DNA of 61,053 bases, taken from NCBI GenBank assembly GCA_964350055.1, contig CAYGIY010000001.1, forward strand, positions 1-61,053. The letters are read 5' to 3'. The notes beneath the pieces are model-generated. The model did not search any database, was not told the origin of the DNA, and saw nothing but the letters and a program-made list of their open reading frames with translations. The translations under genes were made by a program, and so were the position numbers. This DNA comes from an uncultured Erysipelothrix sp. (GTDB lineage: Bacteria; Bacillota_I; Bacilli_A; Erysipelotrichales; Erysipelotrichaceae). How positions within the stretch are numbered: the stretch's first letter is position 1; each line of letters starts with the position of its first letter. This document shows, piece after piece, positions 40,447 to 49,433 of the stretch.

Positions 40447-41780
40447 TAGAGAAGATCCTTCTTGATAAGCTTCAAACGATAAGTATCGGCTAAATCAAAA
40501 TCCTTGTTAGCTTTGGCTTGTTCCCATTGGTTGAACAATTCAATATCCTCACTAGATAACTCAACATCGATATAGTCAATCCCCAATACATTAAGCATCG
40601 TTTTTACTGTTTGAATATCACGAGCTATCACGTCTAATTTATCTTTATTTTGCCTTAAATCTTGATTGAGTTGTTTGATTGCATCAAATATAACTTTAAA
40701 TGCATTTTGAGTATTAAGATCATCACCCATCGCATCCATAAAACTGTCTAATAACTCTTGATCATCATCGACAACACCATCAAAGGATTGTCTAGCTAAA
40801 TATATTTGCCCACTCATTAGAGCACGTTTTACTTTACTTACTTCTTGCTGTGCTTGCGTGATGGTTGCTTGTGAGATGTTGATAGGTGCTCGATAGTGTG
40901 CAGATAAAAGTAGCCAACGAACCACATCACCACCTAACTTCTCAATAAAATCTTTTGCCCAGACCACATTGCCAAGTGATTTACTCATCTTTTCACCATC
41001 AATATTCAACATGCCATTATGAACCCACCAATTCGCAATGTTGTGATGATACAAAGCTTCACATTGTGCAATTTCATTTTCGTGATGAGGAAACTTCAAA
41101 TCCATACCACCACCATGAATATCAATTCGCTCATGTTGAAACTGCTCTTGAATCATAACCACACATTCTGTATGCCAACCAGGACGACCCTTACCAAAAT
41201 TACTTTCCCAGGAAATACCCTTATCCGTTTTTTTCCATAATGTAAAATCCAAAGGATTCAATTTCTTTTCATTCTCACTTACTCGTGATCCTACAATTAA
41301 ATCGTCAACATTCTGATTTGAAAGTTGTCCATAATGTTTGATTTCATCAATTTTAAAGTACACGTCTTTATCCACTTGATAAGCTTTTCCTTTTTTAATC
41401 AACTCATCAATAAAATCAATTATTTCTTCCATGGTTTCAGTTACTTTAACCACATTAGTTAATGGTTTGCAGTTTAATTGATATCGAATGTGTTCGTACT
41501 GTTCAATATAATACGATGAAATCTCCAATTCTGATTTATTCTCTTGGATTGCTTGATTGATTATCCGATCATCAACATCCGTATAATTCGATACATATTT
41601 TACTTGATAACCAAGTTGTTCAAAAACACGTCTTAACGTATCAAACACAACCAACGGACGTGCATTACCTATATGAGCATGATTGTATACTGTTGGACCA
41701 CAGACATACATGCTCACCTGTTTGGGTTTGATTGATGTAAAAGTCTCTAATTGTTGCGAATATGAGTTATAGAGTTGCAT
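40446..41780 (-). CDS. cysS: Cysteine--tRNA ligase
   Basis: The track ORF extends to 41822. ATG 41780 (MQLYNSYSQQLE) has GGAGACAAAC upstream. HIGH (HIGNAR) and KMSKS motifs are present. Confidence 0.95.
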   Translation of the reverse strand: MQLYNSYSQQLETFTSIKPKQVSMYVCGPTVYNHAHIGNARPLVVFDTLRRVFEQLGYQVKYVSNYTDVDDRIINQAIQENKSELEISSYYIEQYEHIRYQLNCKPLTNVVKVTETMEEIIDFIDELIKKGKAYQVDKDVYFKIDEIKHYGQLSNQNVDDLIVGSRVSENEKKLNPLDFTLWKKTDKGISWESNFGKGRPGWHTECVVMIQEQFQHERIDIHGGGMDLKFPHHENEIAQCEALYHHNIANWWVHNGMLNIDGEKMSKSLGNVVWAKDFIEKLGGDVVRWLLLSAHYRAPINISQATITQAQQEVSKVKRALMSGQIYLARQSFDGVVDDDQELLDSFMDAMGDDLNTQNAFKVIFDAIKQLNQDLRQNKDKLDVIARDIQTVKTMLNVLGIDYIDVELSSEDIELFNQWEQAKANKDFDLADTYRLKLIKKDLL

Positions 41781-41835
41781 GTTTGTCTCCTTTTCTAACA
41801 TAGTATCATGCATTAACGTCACTATTTTATCTTAT

Positions 41836-42456
41836 TTATTGATCGAATACTACAGCAAACACTCTGGCTAATGCGGCTTCAGCTTCAATTTTAATTGGGA
41901 TCGCATAAATATGACACATACAATCTTTTATGTATTTAAGGTTAGTCATATTTTCAATCAACCAAATATCATGTGTCAATAACAAATGATGGATGTCAAA
42001 GGGATATTGATCAGGCGATGGCATATCCATCCCTAACATGGCAATTTCTTTCTTTAAAAGCGCTTGCGCACTTTGAAATGATAGTACAGGATGCTTTACA
42101 TATTGATTGTTATGGTAATACTGATCCCAACCTGTGTATAAAAGGACAATATCATTTTTATCAATCTGATTAAGTTGTTGTTGATTAATGATGATTTCAC
42201 GCTGCCCTCTTACATCCAACACAACACCTCGACCAATACCAACATCCAAATCAAACTGATCCATGGTTGTTGTTGAAGCACTTAAGTGTTTGGGTGCATC
42301 AATGTGAGTACCCACATGCATGCTGCAAGTCACCTTACTTAAATGGTATCCATCCTTATTAAAGTGTTTGACTGTTTCAATCACCACAGGTTGATCACCA
42401 GGATAAACAGGTGATTGATTCGATATGGTATGTGATAAATCAATTATTTTCTTCAT
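41836..42456 (-). CDS. Cyclase family protein (arylformamidase/kynurenine-formamidase-like fold)
   Basis: The product is 206 aa. The HVGTHIDAPKH motif is the metal-binding signature of the putative cyclase family. There is a 4-nt overlap with the upstream permease gene. Confidence 0.75.
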   Translation of the reverse strand: MKKIIDLSHTISNQSPVYPGDQPVVIETVKHFNKDGYHLSKVTCSMHVGTHIDAPKHLSASTTTMDQFDLDVGIGRGVVLDVRGQREIIINQQQLNQIDKNDIVLLYTGWDQYYHNNQYVKHPVLSFQSAQALLKKEIAMLGMDMPSPDQYPFDIHHLLLTHDIWLIENMTNLKYIKDCMCHIYAIPIKIEAEAALARVFAVVFDQ

Positions 42457-43250
42457 ACTGGAATATCCTTTTTATGATACGCAACCATTGTCATGATTAT
42501 TGCAACTAACATGAATACCAAACTTAATGAGGTGTACTCCCATGAAATGGACATACTCGATAAAAGAACACTCGGGTCAAAGTATTCAAATGGTGTCAAA
42601 TAGCGTAGCCAAGACAATGCCTCTACCAATCCAATCATCACTGACATGATGTACATCACAAATACAATAATCGGTCCAATCATCAAAGATAATTTAGGTC
42701 GTAATAAAACACTTGCTAACAGTAATCCTAAGGACATAAACAAACTCAGCAAAATAAACATAGCCAATATTGACAAGCTAATGTATTGATAAAAGGATAC
42801 CTCTGGTTCATATCTAAGTGTTGAAACAATCATAATCCCATGAATAGAAATGCTCATTAATCCACAATAAATAAGCCCTACAATCCACTTATATGATAAT
42901 AACACCTCTCGTTTGACAGGCATCACGAAAATGAATTCTGACGTCTTGCTTTTTCTTTCTTTTGCGAGTTGATTTGCTCCAAGCATAATGGCATAAATGC
43001 CAGCCATTAATTGCATATATAGCATACTCACACTAACAAATCCACTAACTGTCGTTAAACTTGCGCTATTTAATCCAAATGCTTCTAGCATTTCTTTAGG
43101 AAATGCATCTAAGACAGCTAATAATTCTGGATTATCTTTATAAGCAGAAAACTCTAGCATCATAATCGTAACAAAAACAGAAAGTGATACAAACCAAATA
43201 AGCCATGATTTAAAATTTTGTTTGAATTCTTGTTTGATAATGTTCATCAT
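42453..43250 (-). CDS. ABC-2 type transporter permease (paralogue 2)
   Basis: The product is 265 aa with about 6 TM helices. It shares the ELL..L..(Y/F)P.E.L(K/E)AFGL segment with the neighbouring permease. Confidence 0.75.
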   Translation of the reverse strand: MMNIIKQEFKQNFKSWLIWFVSLSVFVTIMMLEFSAYKDNPELLAVLDAFPKEMLEAFGLNSASLTTVSGFVSVSMLYMQLMAGIYAIMLGANQLAKERKSKTSEFIFVMPVKREVLLSYKWIVGLIYCGLMSISIHGIMIVSTLRYEPEVSFYQYISLSILAMFILLSLFMSLGLLLASVLLRPKLSLMIGPIIVFVMYIMSVMIGLVEALSWLRYLTPFEYFDPSVLLSSMSISWEYTSLSLVFMLVAIIMTMVAYHKKDIPV

Positions 43251-43256
43251 TCACCC

Positions 43257-44060
43257 TCAATACAAAGCTATGTTTCTTTTTATATATAGCCGATAACTAC
43301 CAATCATACAAATCGTGATGATTAGAATACTCAATCCTAAAAACAAGCCATTTAGCCCACCTTCTTTGATGATTAATGCTGCTTCAAAATAGTGAAAAGG
43401 TGTAAAAACTCCCATCCAATCAACATCAATAATCTCCTTAATCGAGTATATACCATATGATGCAAAAGATAACCCCATGGCTAAACCGAGCACAGAGCGA
43501 ACACGCTTTAGTGTCATTGAAATAAACAGCCCGACAGAGAAAAACAACAATTGAAACAATGGCACACTCACATACAACCATACCATCACTGAGTAATCAA
43601 TTGTTTCATCAGTAGCAAATATCATAATTGAAAAAACAATCGACACAATGGTCATGATTGAAATCAATAATAACCCACTCATAGCAGAAGCTAACTTTAA
43701 AACAAAAATTTTCGTTCGACTCACAGGTTTTGTTAATAGAAAGTCAGCGGTACGCTCACTTTCTTCTAGTGTTAATGTACTAAATCCAAGGACCGATGCA
43801 TAAATCGCTAACATTAACTGTAAAAAAACAAAAATAAAGGGCAAGTATCCTTTAATCGTAGCAAACGATTGCACATTTGATAAACCAAATGCCTTCAATA
43901 GCTCTGGTGGATAATACGTTAAAATCATGTCCATCAATTCTTGTTCTTTTGAAATCACAGGATAAAACGCCATCATGATGATCATAAAAATCAAAATCCC
44001 TAAAATCCATAACATATTCGATTTTAAGTTTTTCTTTACTTCAAAATTAAATATTGTCAT
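43257..44060 (-). CDS. ABC-2 type transporter permease (paralogue 1)
   Basis: The product is 267 aa with about 6 TM helices. It is a tandem paralogue of 42453-43250. Confidence 0.75.
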   Translation of the reverse strand: MTIFNFEVKKNLKSNMLWILGILIFMIIMMAFYPVISKEQELMDMILTYYPPELLKAFGLSNVQSFATIKGYLPFIFVFLQLMLAIYASVLGFSTLTLEESERTADFLLTKPVSRTKIFVLKLASAMSGLLLISIMTIVSIVFSIMIFATDETIDYSVMVWLYVSVPLFQLLFFSVGLFISMTLKRVRSVLGLAMGLSFASYGIYSIKEIIDVDWMGVFTPFHYFEAALIIKEGGLNGLFLGLSILIITICMIGSYRLYIKRNIALY

Positions 44061-44067
44061 ATCGCAC

Positions 44068-44940
44068 CTATTGATAATAATGCAAGAAGATTTCTTCTAG
44101 CGTTGGCTCTTGAATTAAAACATCTGTTAATGGTATTTTTCTTAAAACAGACAGTAATGCCTGTGCATCACCCTTATAAACAAAACTTACTTGCCCATTA
44201 AACTGCTGAAAATCAGCAATTTCAAGTTGTTCTAGATATGATTTATTCCATGATTTGGTCTTTATTTGAACCTTTTTATATGTATTTTCTCTAAGTGTTT
44301 TAACATCTTGAATATCCACAATGCTACCTTCTTTAATAATAGCCACACGATGACACAAATGCTGCACTTCAGAAAGAATGTGAGATGAAAATAGTACTGT
44401 TGTTCCTTCTTTATTTTCTTTTTCAATTAGTTTAAAAAACTTTTGTTGCATCAGCGGATCTAACCCACTGGTTGGTTCATCCAAAATAATCAATTCCGGC
44501 TTATGCAACAACCCTTGAACAATACCAACTTTCTTTTTATTACCAAAAGACAAGTCTTCAATACGGCGATTTAAGTCTAATTCCATGATATCTGCAAGTT
44601 CATGCATGCGTTGAGTATGATCACCTTTAAAAAATGATGATGAATACTTAAGTAATTCAATAACCTTCATTTTTTCATAGTAGAACACCTCAGAAGGTAA
44701 ATAACCAATTGCTTCTCTTATTCGATGACCTTCTTGTACCACATCTTTTCCAAAAATGGTTGCATGACCAGATGTTGGAAAAATGAGTCCCAATAATGTT
44801 CGAATTGTAGTTGATTTACCAGCACCATTAGGACCAATAAAACCAAATATTTCATGTTCTTTCACACTGAATGAAACATCTTCAATGCCTCGATTTTTCC
44901 CATAATATTTTGTTAAATGCTGAATATCGATTACATTCAT
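44068..44940 (-). CDS. ABC transporter ATP-binding protein
   Basis: The track start 44949 is a GTG. ATG 44940 has AAGGG about 9 nt upstream. Walker A GPNGAGKST, the signature-like LSFGNKKK and Walker B LIILDEPT are present. Confidence 0.88.
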   Translation of the reverse strand: MNVIDIQHLTKYYGKNRGIEDVSFSVKEHEIFGFIGPNGAGKSTTIRTLLGLIFPTSGHATIFGKDVVQEGHRIREAIGYLPSEVFYYEKMKVIELLKYSSSFFKGDHTQRMHELADIMELDLNRRIEDLSFGNKKKVGIVQGLLHKPELIILDEPTSGLDPLMQQKFFKLIEKENKEGTTVLFSSHILSEVQHLCHRVAIIKEGSIVDIQDVKTLRENTYKKVQIKTKSWNKSYLEQLEIADFQQFNGQVSFVYKGDAQALLSVLRKIPLTDVLIQEPTLEEIFLHYYQ

Positions 44941-44990
44941 AAAATACACCCTTTTTCTTACATTATTTTATCACATTTGTGTCTTTAACC

Positions 44991-45016
44991 TAAAAAAAAA
45001 GGACCCAAAGGTCCTG
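44991..45016 (-). terminator. Rho-independent terminator of gap
   Basis: On the minus strand the stem is AGGACC-UUUG-GGUCCU, followed by U9 (A44992-A45000 on +). Confidence 0.85.
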
Positions 45017-45020
45017 TTCT

Positions 45021-46022
45021 TTAGAATTTTGAAGCAATATATGCTGCTGTCCGTACTAATTGATAAGTATAGGAAGCTTCATTATCATACCATGCTGCCA
45101 CTTTAACTAATGTAATACCATTAAGTGTAGTAACTTTTGTTTGTGTTGCATCAAATAATGATCCGAAAGCTGTTCCAATAACATCTGAGGATACAATTGG
45201 ATCTTCTGTATAGCCATAAGACTCATTAGTTGCTGCTTTCATTGCTGCATTAACTGCATCTGCTGTTGTTTCTTTTTCAACGACAACTACTAATTCTGTT
45301 AAAGAACCAGTGATTACAGGAACACGTTGAGCACCACCATCTAGTTTTCCTTTTAACTCAGGAATAACTAAACCAATCGCTTTTGCAGCTCCTGTTGTGT
45401 TAGGAACGATATTAGCCGCGGCTGCACGCGCACGACGTAAATCTTTTTTGTGTGGAGAATCTAATGTGTTTTGGTCATTTGTGTATGCATGAATTGTGGT
45501 CATAGTACCTGTTACGATACCAAAACTATCATTCACTACTTTCGCCATAGGCGCTAAGCAGTTTGTTGTACAACTTGCACAAGAAATAATGGTTTCAGAT
45601 CCATCTAAAATGTCATGGTTAACATTGAATACTACTGATTTAACATTACCTGTTGCAGGCGCAGAAATGATTACTTTACGAGCACCAGCATCAATGTGTG
45701 CTTGCGCTTTTTCATCACTGGTGAAAAATCCTGTACATTCTAAAACGACATCAACACCTAATTCTTTCCAAGGTAAATCTGCAGGATTTTTCTCTGCAAA
45801 TACTTTTGTTTCTTTGCCTTCAACCACAATGCCTGTCTCATTTGATAAAACTTCTTTACCATAAGGACCTTGTGCTGAATCGTATTTTAATAGATGTGCT
45901 AATGTTTTTGAATCAGTCAAATCATTAATTGCTACAATATCAAATTCACTGGATCCAAACATGTAACGGAATGCTAAACGACCAATACGTCCAAATCCGT
46001 TGATTGCTACTTTTACTGTCAT
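45021..46022 (-). CDS. gap: Type I glyceraldehyde-3-phosphate dehydrogenase
   Basis: The track ORF extends to 46094, across the promoter. ATG 46022 ([15 protein letters not shown]) has AAAGGAGGAAAA upstream. The active site SCTTNC is present. The product is 333 aa. Confidence 0.96.
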   Translation of the reverse strand: MTVKVAINGFGRIGRLAFRYMFGSSEFDIVAINDLTDSKTLAHLLKYDSAQGPYGKEVLSNETGIVVEGKETKVFAEKNPADLPWKELGVDVVLECTGFFTSDEKAQAHIDAGARKVIISAPATGNVKSVVFNVNHDILDGSETIISCASCTTNCLAPMAKVVNDSFGIVTGTMTTIHAYTNDQNTLDSPHKKDLRRARAAAANIVPNTTGAAKAIGLVIPELKGKLDGGAQRVPVITGSLTELVVVVEKETTADAVNAAMKAATNESYGYTEDPIVSSDVIGTAFGSLFDATQTKVTTLNGITLVKVAAWYDNEASYTYQLVRTAAYIASKF

Positions 46023-46047
46023 AATTTTCCTCCTTTTGACAAATCTA

Positions 46048-46076
46048 ATTATAGAGGCGAAATAGGCTTCTGTCAA
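46048..46076 (-). promoter_or_regulatory. Consensus sigma-70 promoter of gap
   Basis: On the minus strand it reads TTGACA (46076-46071), a 17-nt spacer, then TATAAT (46053-46048). Confidence 0.75.
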
Positions 46077-46106
46077 TTGTGAAGCATTTATCAAGCGTTG
46101 AAAACG

Positions 46107-47018
46107 TCACTGATATTCATTAAAAAATAAAGGTTTCTTCACAAGATTTTTGATTTCACTCACAGACAACACCGATGAGTTGTAACAGTCATTGAATAAT
46201 TCGATATCGTTAACACGTGCATATAAGAATGGCTTAATATCAATATTTGCTTTAGGAAATATTCGTTCCCATCTTTCTTGTGCAGAGATATGCACTTTAA
46301 TCGATTGATTAATATTAGAGGCAAAATATAGCAATCGCATCAATGTGTCTACATCAAAATAAGTAATCTCTAGTATTTCAATCTGTTGGTCATGAAGAAT
46401 ATAGGCCATATAGCCTAACAAATTATCTTTTTCTACATAGCCAACAACTTTACCATGTTGTGCTTGCATATCAAGTTTTAAACTATCGAAATCTTGTGTT
46501 GTTCTCGCTTTGTAACCATCAAAATAACTCATAAATCGACGATACACGCTCAGCAGTTGCTCACTACTCACCTGATAGGTGATGTTCATAGTTGAAACAG
46601 GTGAGATCATAGAACCACTAAGACTCACTATTTGATGGTCTACCAATGGTTTAAAACCAAATGATTGATATACTTTAGGTTGATACGCCATTAAGAAAGT
46701 CATCAAGGTTTGATGTGATTCAACATCCAACACCTGATGCAGTAGCTTCTTCATATAACCTTGTTGCTGGTGAGACTCTATAGTGAAAATTCCAACTAAA
46801 TATGATACTTCTAAGATGCGATTCATCAAATGGATTGGATGGTGAAAAACACAAACACCAGAGATGATTTCATCATTTTCTTTGATTAAGTATGTCTGAC
46901 ATTCATCATAATAGTGCTCAAAGAAAAAGTCTATCGATCCACCATCATCATGTGAATACAATTGTTTCCAAATGTGATAAATATTTGTTTTATCCGCTAC
47001 ATTGGCTTTTACAAGCAT
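46107..47018 (-). CDS. Eis-like GNAT acetyltransferase with a C-terminal SCP2-like domain
   Basis: The track start 47051 is a TTG. ATG 47018 (MLVKANVADK) has GAGGT 5 nt upstream. The GNAT A-motif region reads ESHQQQGYMKKLLHQVL. The ~300-aa length and overall layout resemble Eis/YhbS-type GNAT-SCP2 proteins. It overlaps the upstream gene by 29 nt. Confidence 0.65.
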   Translation of the reverse strand: MLVKANVADKTNIYHIWKQLYSHDDGGSIDFFFEHYYDECQTYLIKENDEIISGVCVFHHPIHLMNRILEVSYLVGIFTIESHQQQGYMKKLLHQVLDVESHQTLMTFLMAYQPKVYQSFGFKPLVDHQIVSLSGSMISPVSTMNITYQVSSEQLLSVYRRFMSYFDGYKARTTQDFDSLKLDMQAQHGKVVGYVEKDNLLGYMAYILHDQQIEILEITYFDVDTLMRLLYFASNINQSIKVHISAQERWERIFPKANIDIKPFLYARVNDIELFNDCYNSSVLSVSEIKNLVKKPLFFNEYQ

Positions 47019-47910
47019 CACTAACCTCATCGCATAGACGATACTTTGCAATCAGCTTAACGGGTTTAGAAGCCATTTTTGCTTTACGCAAATTCAAGTA
47101 TCCCATATCGTCCTCTTTATTAATATATTTTACATCGGGATAGAACAATTTGAAATACTCACTTTCCATATATTGGAAAATACCCGGTATTGCTTTATCC
47201 GCTTTTTCAATATTAATCTGTACCATGTCTTGATCTAAAAGGCTAGTGATTAAAAAACCTTTTACTTGTCGATCAATTAATAGTGCTGCTCCTTGACAAT
47301 CAAACAAATCTAGATGAGTTAATATATGCACGATTCCAGTTCGTTCATGAATCAAATAATCATCATTGGTCTCTTCATACGATGCTTGAAAAAAAGTGAT
47401 GGCCTCTTTAATTACTGAATAAATCGGAACAATTTGCACGCGATTTTGATACTCTTTGATAAACTTGTTTAATAAATTTCTTCGTTTTTGATGCTTTTTA
47501 CCTGATAAAGTAACAATCTTCTCACGATCATACACATAATCATAACCATCACGTGCTGTACAGACATGCATATGAGGGAACAAGTTTAATGTTTTTGATT
47601 TCATTTTACGAGTGAACGTGCTCAAAACAAAGGGAAGATTTGCTTGCTTAAATAACCCCTGACCATCTAACAATGCTTTTTCAACATGTTGTAACTCACA
47701 AAGTGGCATGTACAAAAAAAGCAACTCTTTGTGCTTTCCTAACAATAATATATAATCATCACTAACAAATTTAAACAGTGGAAACATCGTTTGCCACATA
47801 AACATATTGATAATGTTATGGTTACTTTCTTGGTATTTTGCTCTATTTAAATAATGAGTTAATAGTGGTATATCATCAAATGTGACAACACTAAAATCAG
47901 ATTCAATCAT
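46990..47910 (-). CDS. Stand-alone DUF2156 / MprF C-terminal-like (aminoacyl-tRNA-dependent transferase fold) protein
   Basis: I chose ATG 47910 (MIESDFSV...), which gives an 8-nt ATGATTGA overlap with the upstream small ORF. The product is 306 aa. The GKKHQKRRNLLNKF segment and overall pattern resemble the lysyl-PG synthase C-terminal domain family. Confidence 0.6.
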   Translation of the reverse strand: MIESDFSVVTFDDIPLLTHYLNRAKYQESNHNIINMFMWQTMFPLFKFVSDDYILLLGKHKELLFLYMPLCELQHVEKALLDGQGLFKQANLPFVLSTFTRKMKSKTLNLFPHMHVCTARDGYDYVYDREKIVTLSGKKHQKRRNLLNKFIKEYQNRVQIVPIYSVIKEAITFFQASYEETNDDYLIHERTGIVHILTHLDLFDCQGAALLIDRQVKGFLITSLLDQDMVQINIEKADKAIPGIFQYMESEYFKLFYPDVKYINKEDDMGYLNLRKAKMASKPVKLIAKYRLCDEVSDACKSQCSG

Positions 47911-48139
47911 TGGGAATATCTTTCTCTTTATATTCTGCATCAAACACATCATTGGCTGAAATGGTTGGAGGGATTACTTGTTCATCTTTGAATACTTCCT
48001 GTTTCATGATGCGGATGCTTTTTACAAAACGCCACCATGCATAAATCAGGATAATTGCTAAAACTAGAAAAAGTGGCCAAGCAACAATCAAAAGCCAAAT
48101 TAATAAAATAGAAGATAATAAAAACTGTATCAAACGCAT
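47903..48139 (-). CDS. Small membrane protein (78 aa) with an acidic C-terminal tail
   Basis: ATG 48139 gives MRLIQFLLSSILLIWLLIVAWPLFLVLAIILIYAWWRF..., a hydrophobic hairpin followed by a soluble tail ending DAEYKEKDIPND. It is translationally coupled to the DUF2156 gene. The weak SD is GGTGA. Confidence 0.55.
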   Translation of the reverse strand: MRLIQFLLSSILLIWLLIVAWPLFLVLAIILIYAWWRFVKSIRIMKQEVFKDEQVIPPTISANDVFDAEYKEKDIPND

Positions 48140-48182
48140 ATAATCACCGCAACCATTATAGCACGACAACACACACAAGATA

Positions 48183-48209
48183 GAAAAAAAGACTACTCAA
48201 AGAAGTCTT
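48183..48209 (-). terminator. Weak terminator overlapping the XRE gene stop
   Basis: On the minus strand, AAGACU-N9-AGUCUU is followed by U7 (A48184-A48190 on +). The stem is only 6 bp and AT-rich. Confidence 0.4.
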
Positions 48210-48417
48210 TTATTTCACATTCTAAACCTTTTGCTAATTTTGACATACAAAGCAATGATATATTTCGTCTTCCACGTTCAGTGTCTGAAATATAATTGCG
48301 ATGCAATCCGCTAATTGCCGCCAATTCCCCTTGAGTATACTTCTTCTCTTTTCTCAATTGACGAATGCGTTGTCCAAATGCTTGCTCTACTGGACCGTTG
48401 GCTTGTATTTTGGCCAT
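48193..48417 (-). CDS. XRE-family helix-turn-helix transcriptional regulator (74 aa)
   Basis: The track ORF extends to 48483, upstream of the promoter. ATG 48417 (MAKIQANGPVEQAFGQRIRQLRKEKKYTQGELA...) has GGGGAAGGGG upstream. The sequence is a typical Cro/C1 HTH. Confidence 0.85.
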   Translation of the reverse strand: MAKIQANGPVEQAFGQRIRQLRKEKKYTQGELAAISGLHRNYISDTERGRRNISLLCMSKLAKGLECEIKDFFE

Positions 48418-48445
48418 TATCGCTACCCCTTCCCCATTTTCCTTT

Positions 48446-48474
48446 ATTGTAGTTAAATTAATGGATTTAGTCAA
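48446..48474 (-). promoter_or_regulatory. Promoter of the XRE gene, overlapping the whiA stop codon
   Basis: On the minus strand it reads TTGACT (48474-48469), a 17-nt spacer, then TACAAT (48451-48446). The -35 is formed by the last whiA codons plus the first base (T) of its TAA stop. Confidence 0.6.
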
Positions 48475-49429
48475 CATTATCACGACGGTTAATTATATCT
48501 TTATGTTGATTTGCTTTAAGTGCTATTTTGTTAAATCGATGTTTCATCCCTGATTTGCTCATACGATTGCCTGTTTGTGACTGATATATCTCACTTAATT
48601 CGTTAAGACTCGCTTCAGGATTAAGTTGTCGCAGTCGTGCAACTTCTTTTAGTTTATCATCCAACATTTCAAAAATATCATGCTGTTGCAAGTACTCTAT
48701 ATCTTCAATTTGCTCAGTTGCGGCTTTTAATGTTTTCATTTCATTGGCAACCTCACAATTATCCAAACGTGTTAAAGAGTTTTTAAAGTCGCGTTGAATT
48801 CGAATATCTTCAAATTTCATAACCGCTTCATACGATGCAATGGCTCTTAAGAAATCTGATATTTTATCTGATGCTTTGATGTAAACCACTTGTTGTGTAC
48901 GACGTTGAATGATCTTGCCTGGAAGATCAAACCGTTTCATCAAACGTTGAATAAACTTCGCTAACGCAACTTCACTAACAGCTATTTCTAAATGATAATT
49001 ACTATTGATTGGAGAATTCACACTCCCACTAGCTAAAAAAGCGCCTGCCAGATAAGCTCTTGCACAGCATTCTTTCTTAACAACTTCTTTTGCAACATGA
49101 TCAGCAAAACCATGCTGATCATAAAGATGTAAATCCGCTAGTATTTCTTTTACTTCACTTTTAATCAAAACAATATATGTGTGATTTTTCTTTAATTTTA
49201 CTTTTTTAAGTATCGCTAGCTCAGGAGTTAAGTTGTAACGCCGCTTTAAAAGCACCCAAAAACGTTTCGCTGTTGTTGGATTTTCAGTTTTAAAATGCAA
49301 CTGCCATTGTTGATTGCTAATCGTCAATGTTGCATCGCATTGCAATAATGCAGCAAGCTGGGCTCTTATACAACAGTTCTTTAATTCATTTTGACTAATT
49401 TCTGATTTTACTTCAGTAGTATATGACAC
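48467..49429 (-). CDS. whiA: DNA-binding protein WhiA
   Basis: The product is 320 aa. The N-terminal degenerate LAGLIDADG-like domains (AYLAGAFLASGS) and C-terminal HTH are recognisable. The order rapZ-yvcK-whiA is preserved. Confidence 0.92.
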   Translation of the reverse strand: MSYTTEVKSEISQNELKNCCIRAQLAALLQCDATLTISNQQWQLHFKTENPTTAKRFWVLLKRRYNLTPELAILKKVKLKKNHTYIVLIKSEVKEILADLHLYDQHGFADHVAKEVVKKECCARAYLAGAFLASGSVNSPINSNYHLEIAVSEVALAKFIQRLMKRFDLPGKIIQRRTQQVVYIKASDKISDFLRAIASYEAVMKFEDIRIQRDFKNSLTRLDNCEVANEMKTLKAATEQIEDIEYLQQHDIFEMLDDKLKEVARLRQLNPEASLNELSEIYQSQTGNRMSKSGMKHRFNKIALKANQHKDIINRRDNVD

Positions 49430-49433
49430 TCAA

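Noticed and set aside
41781-41835. T-box or other riboswitch leader ahead of cysS
   Set aside because: Only 55 nt separate cysS from the cyclase gene. That is too short for a T-box (over 200 nt), and no specifier or terminator-antiterminator elements are visible.
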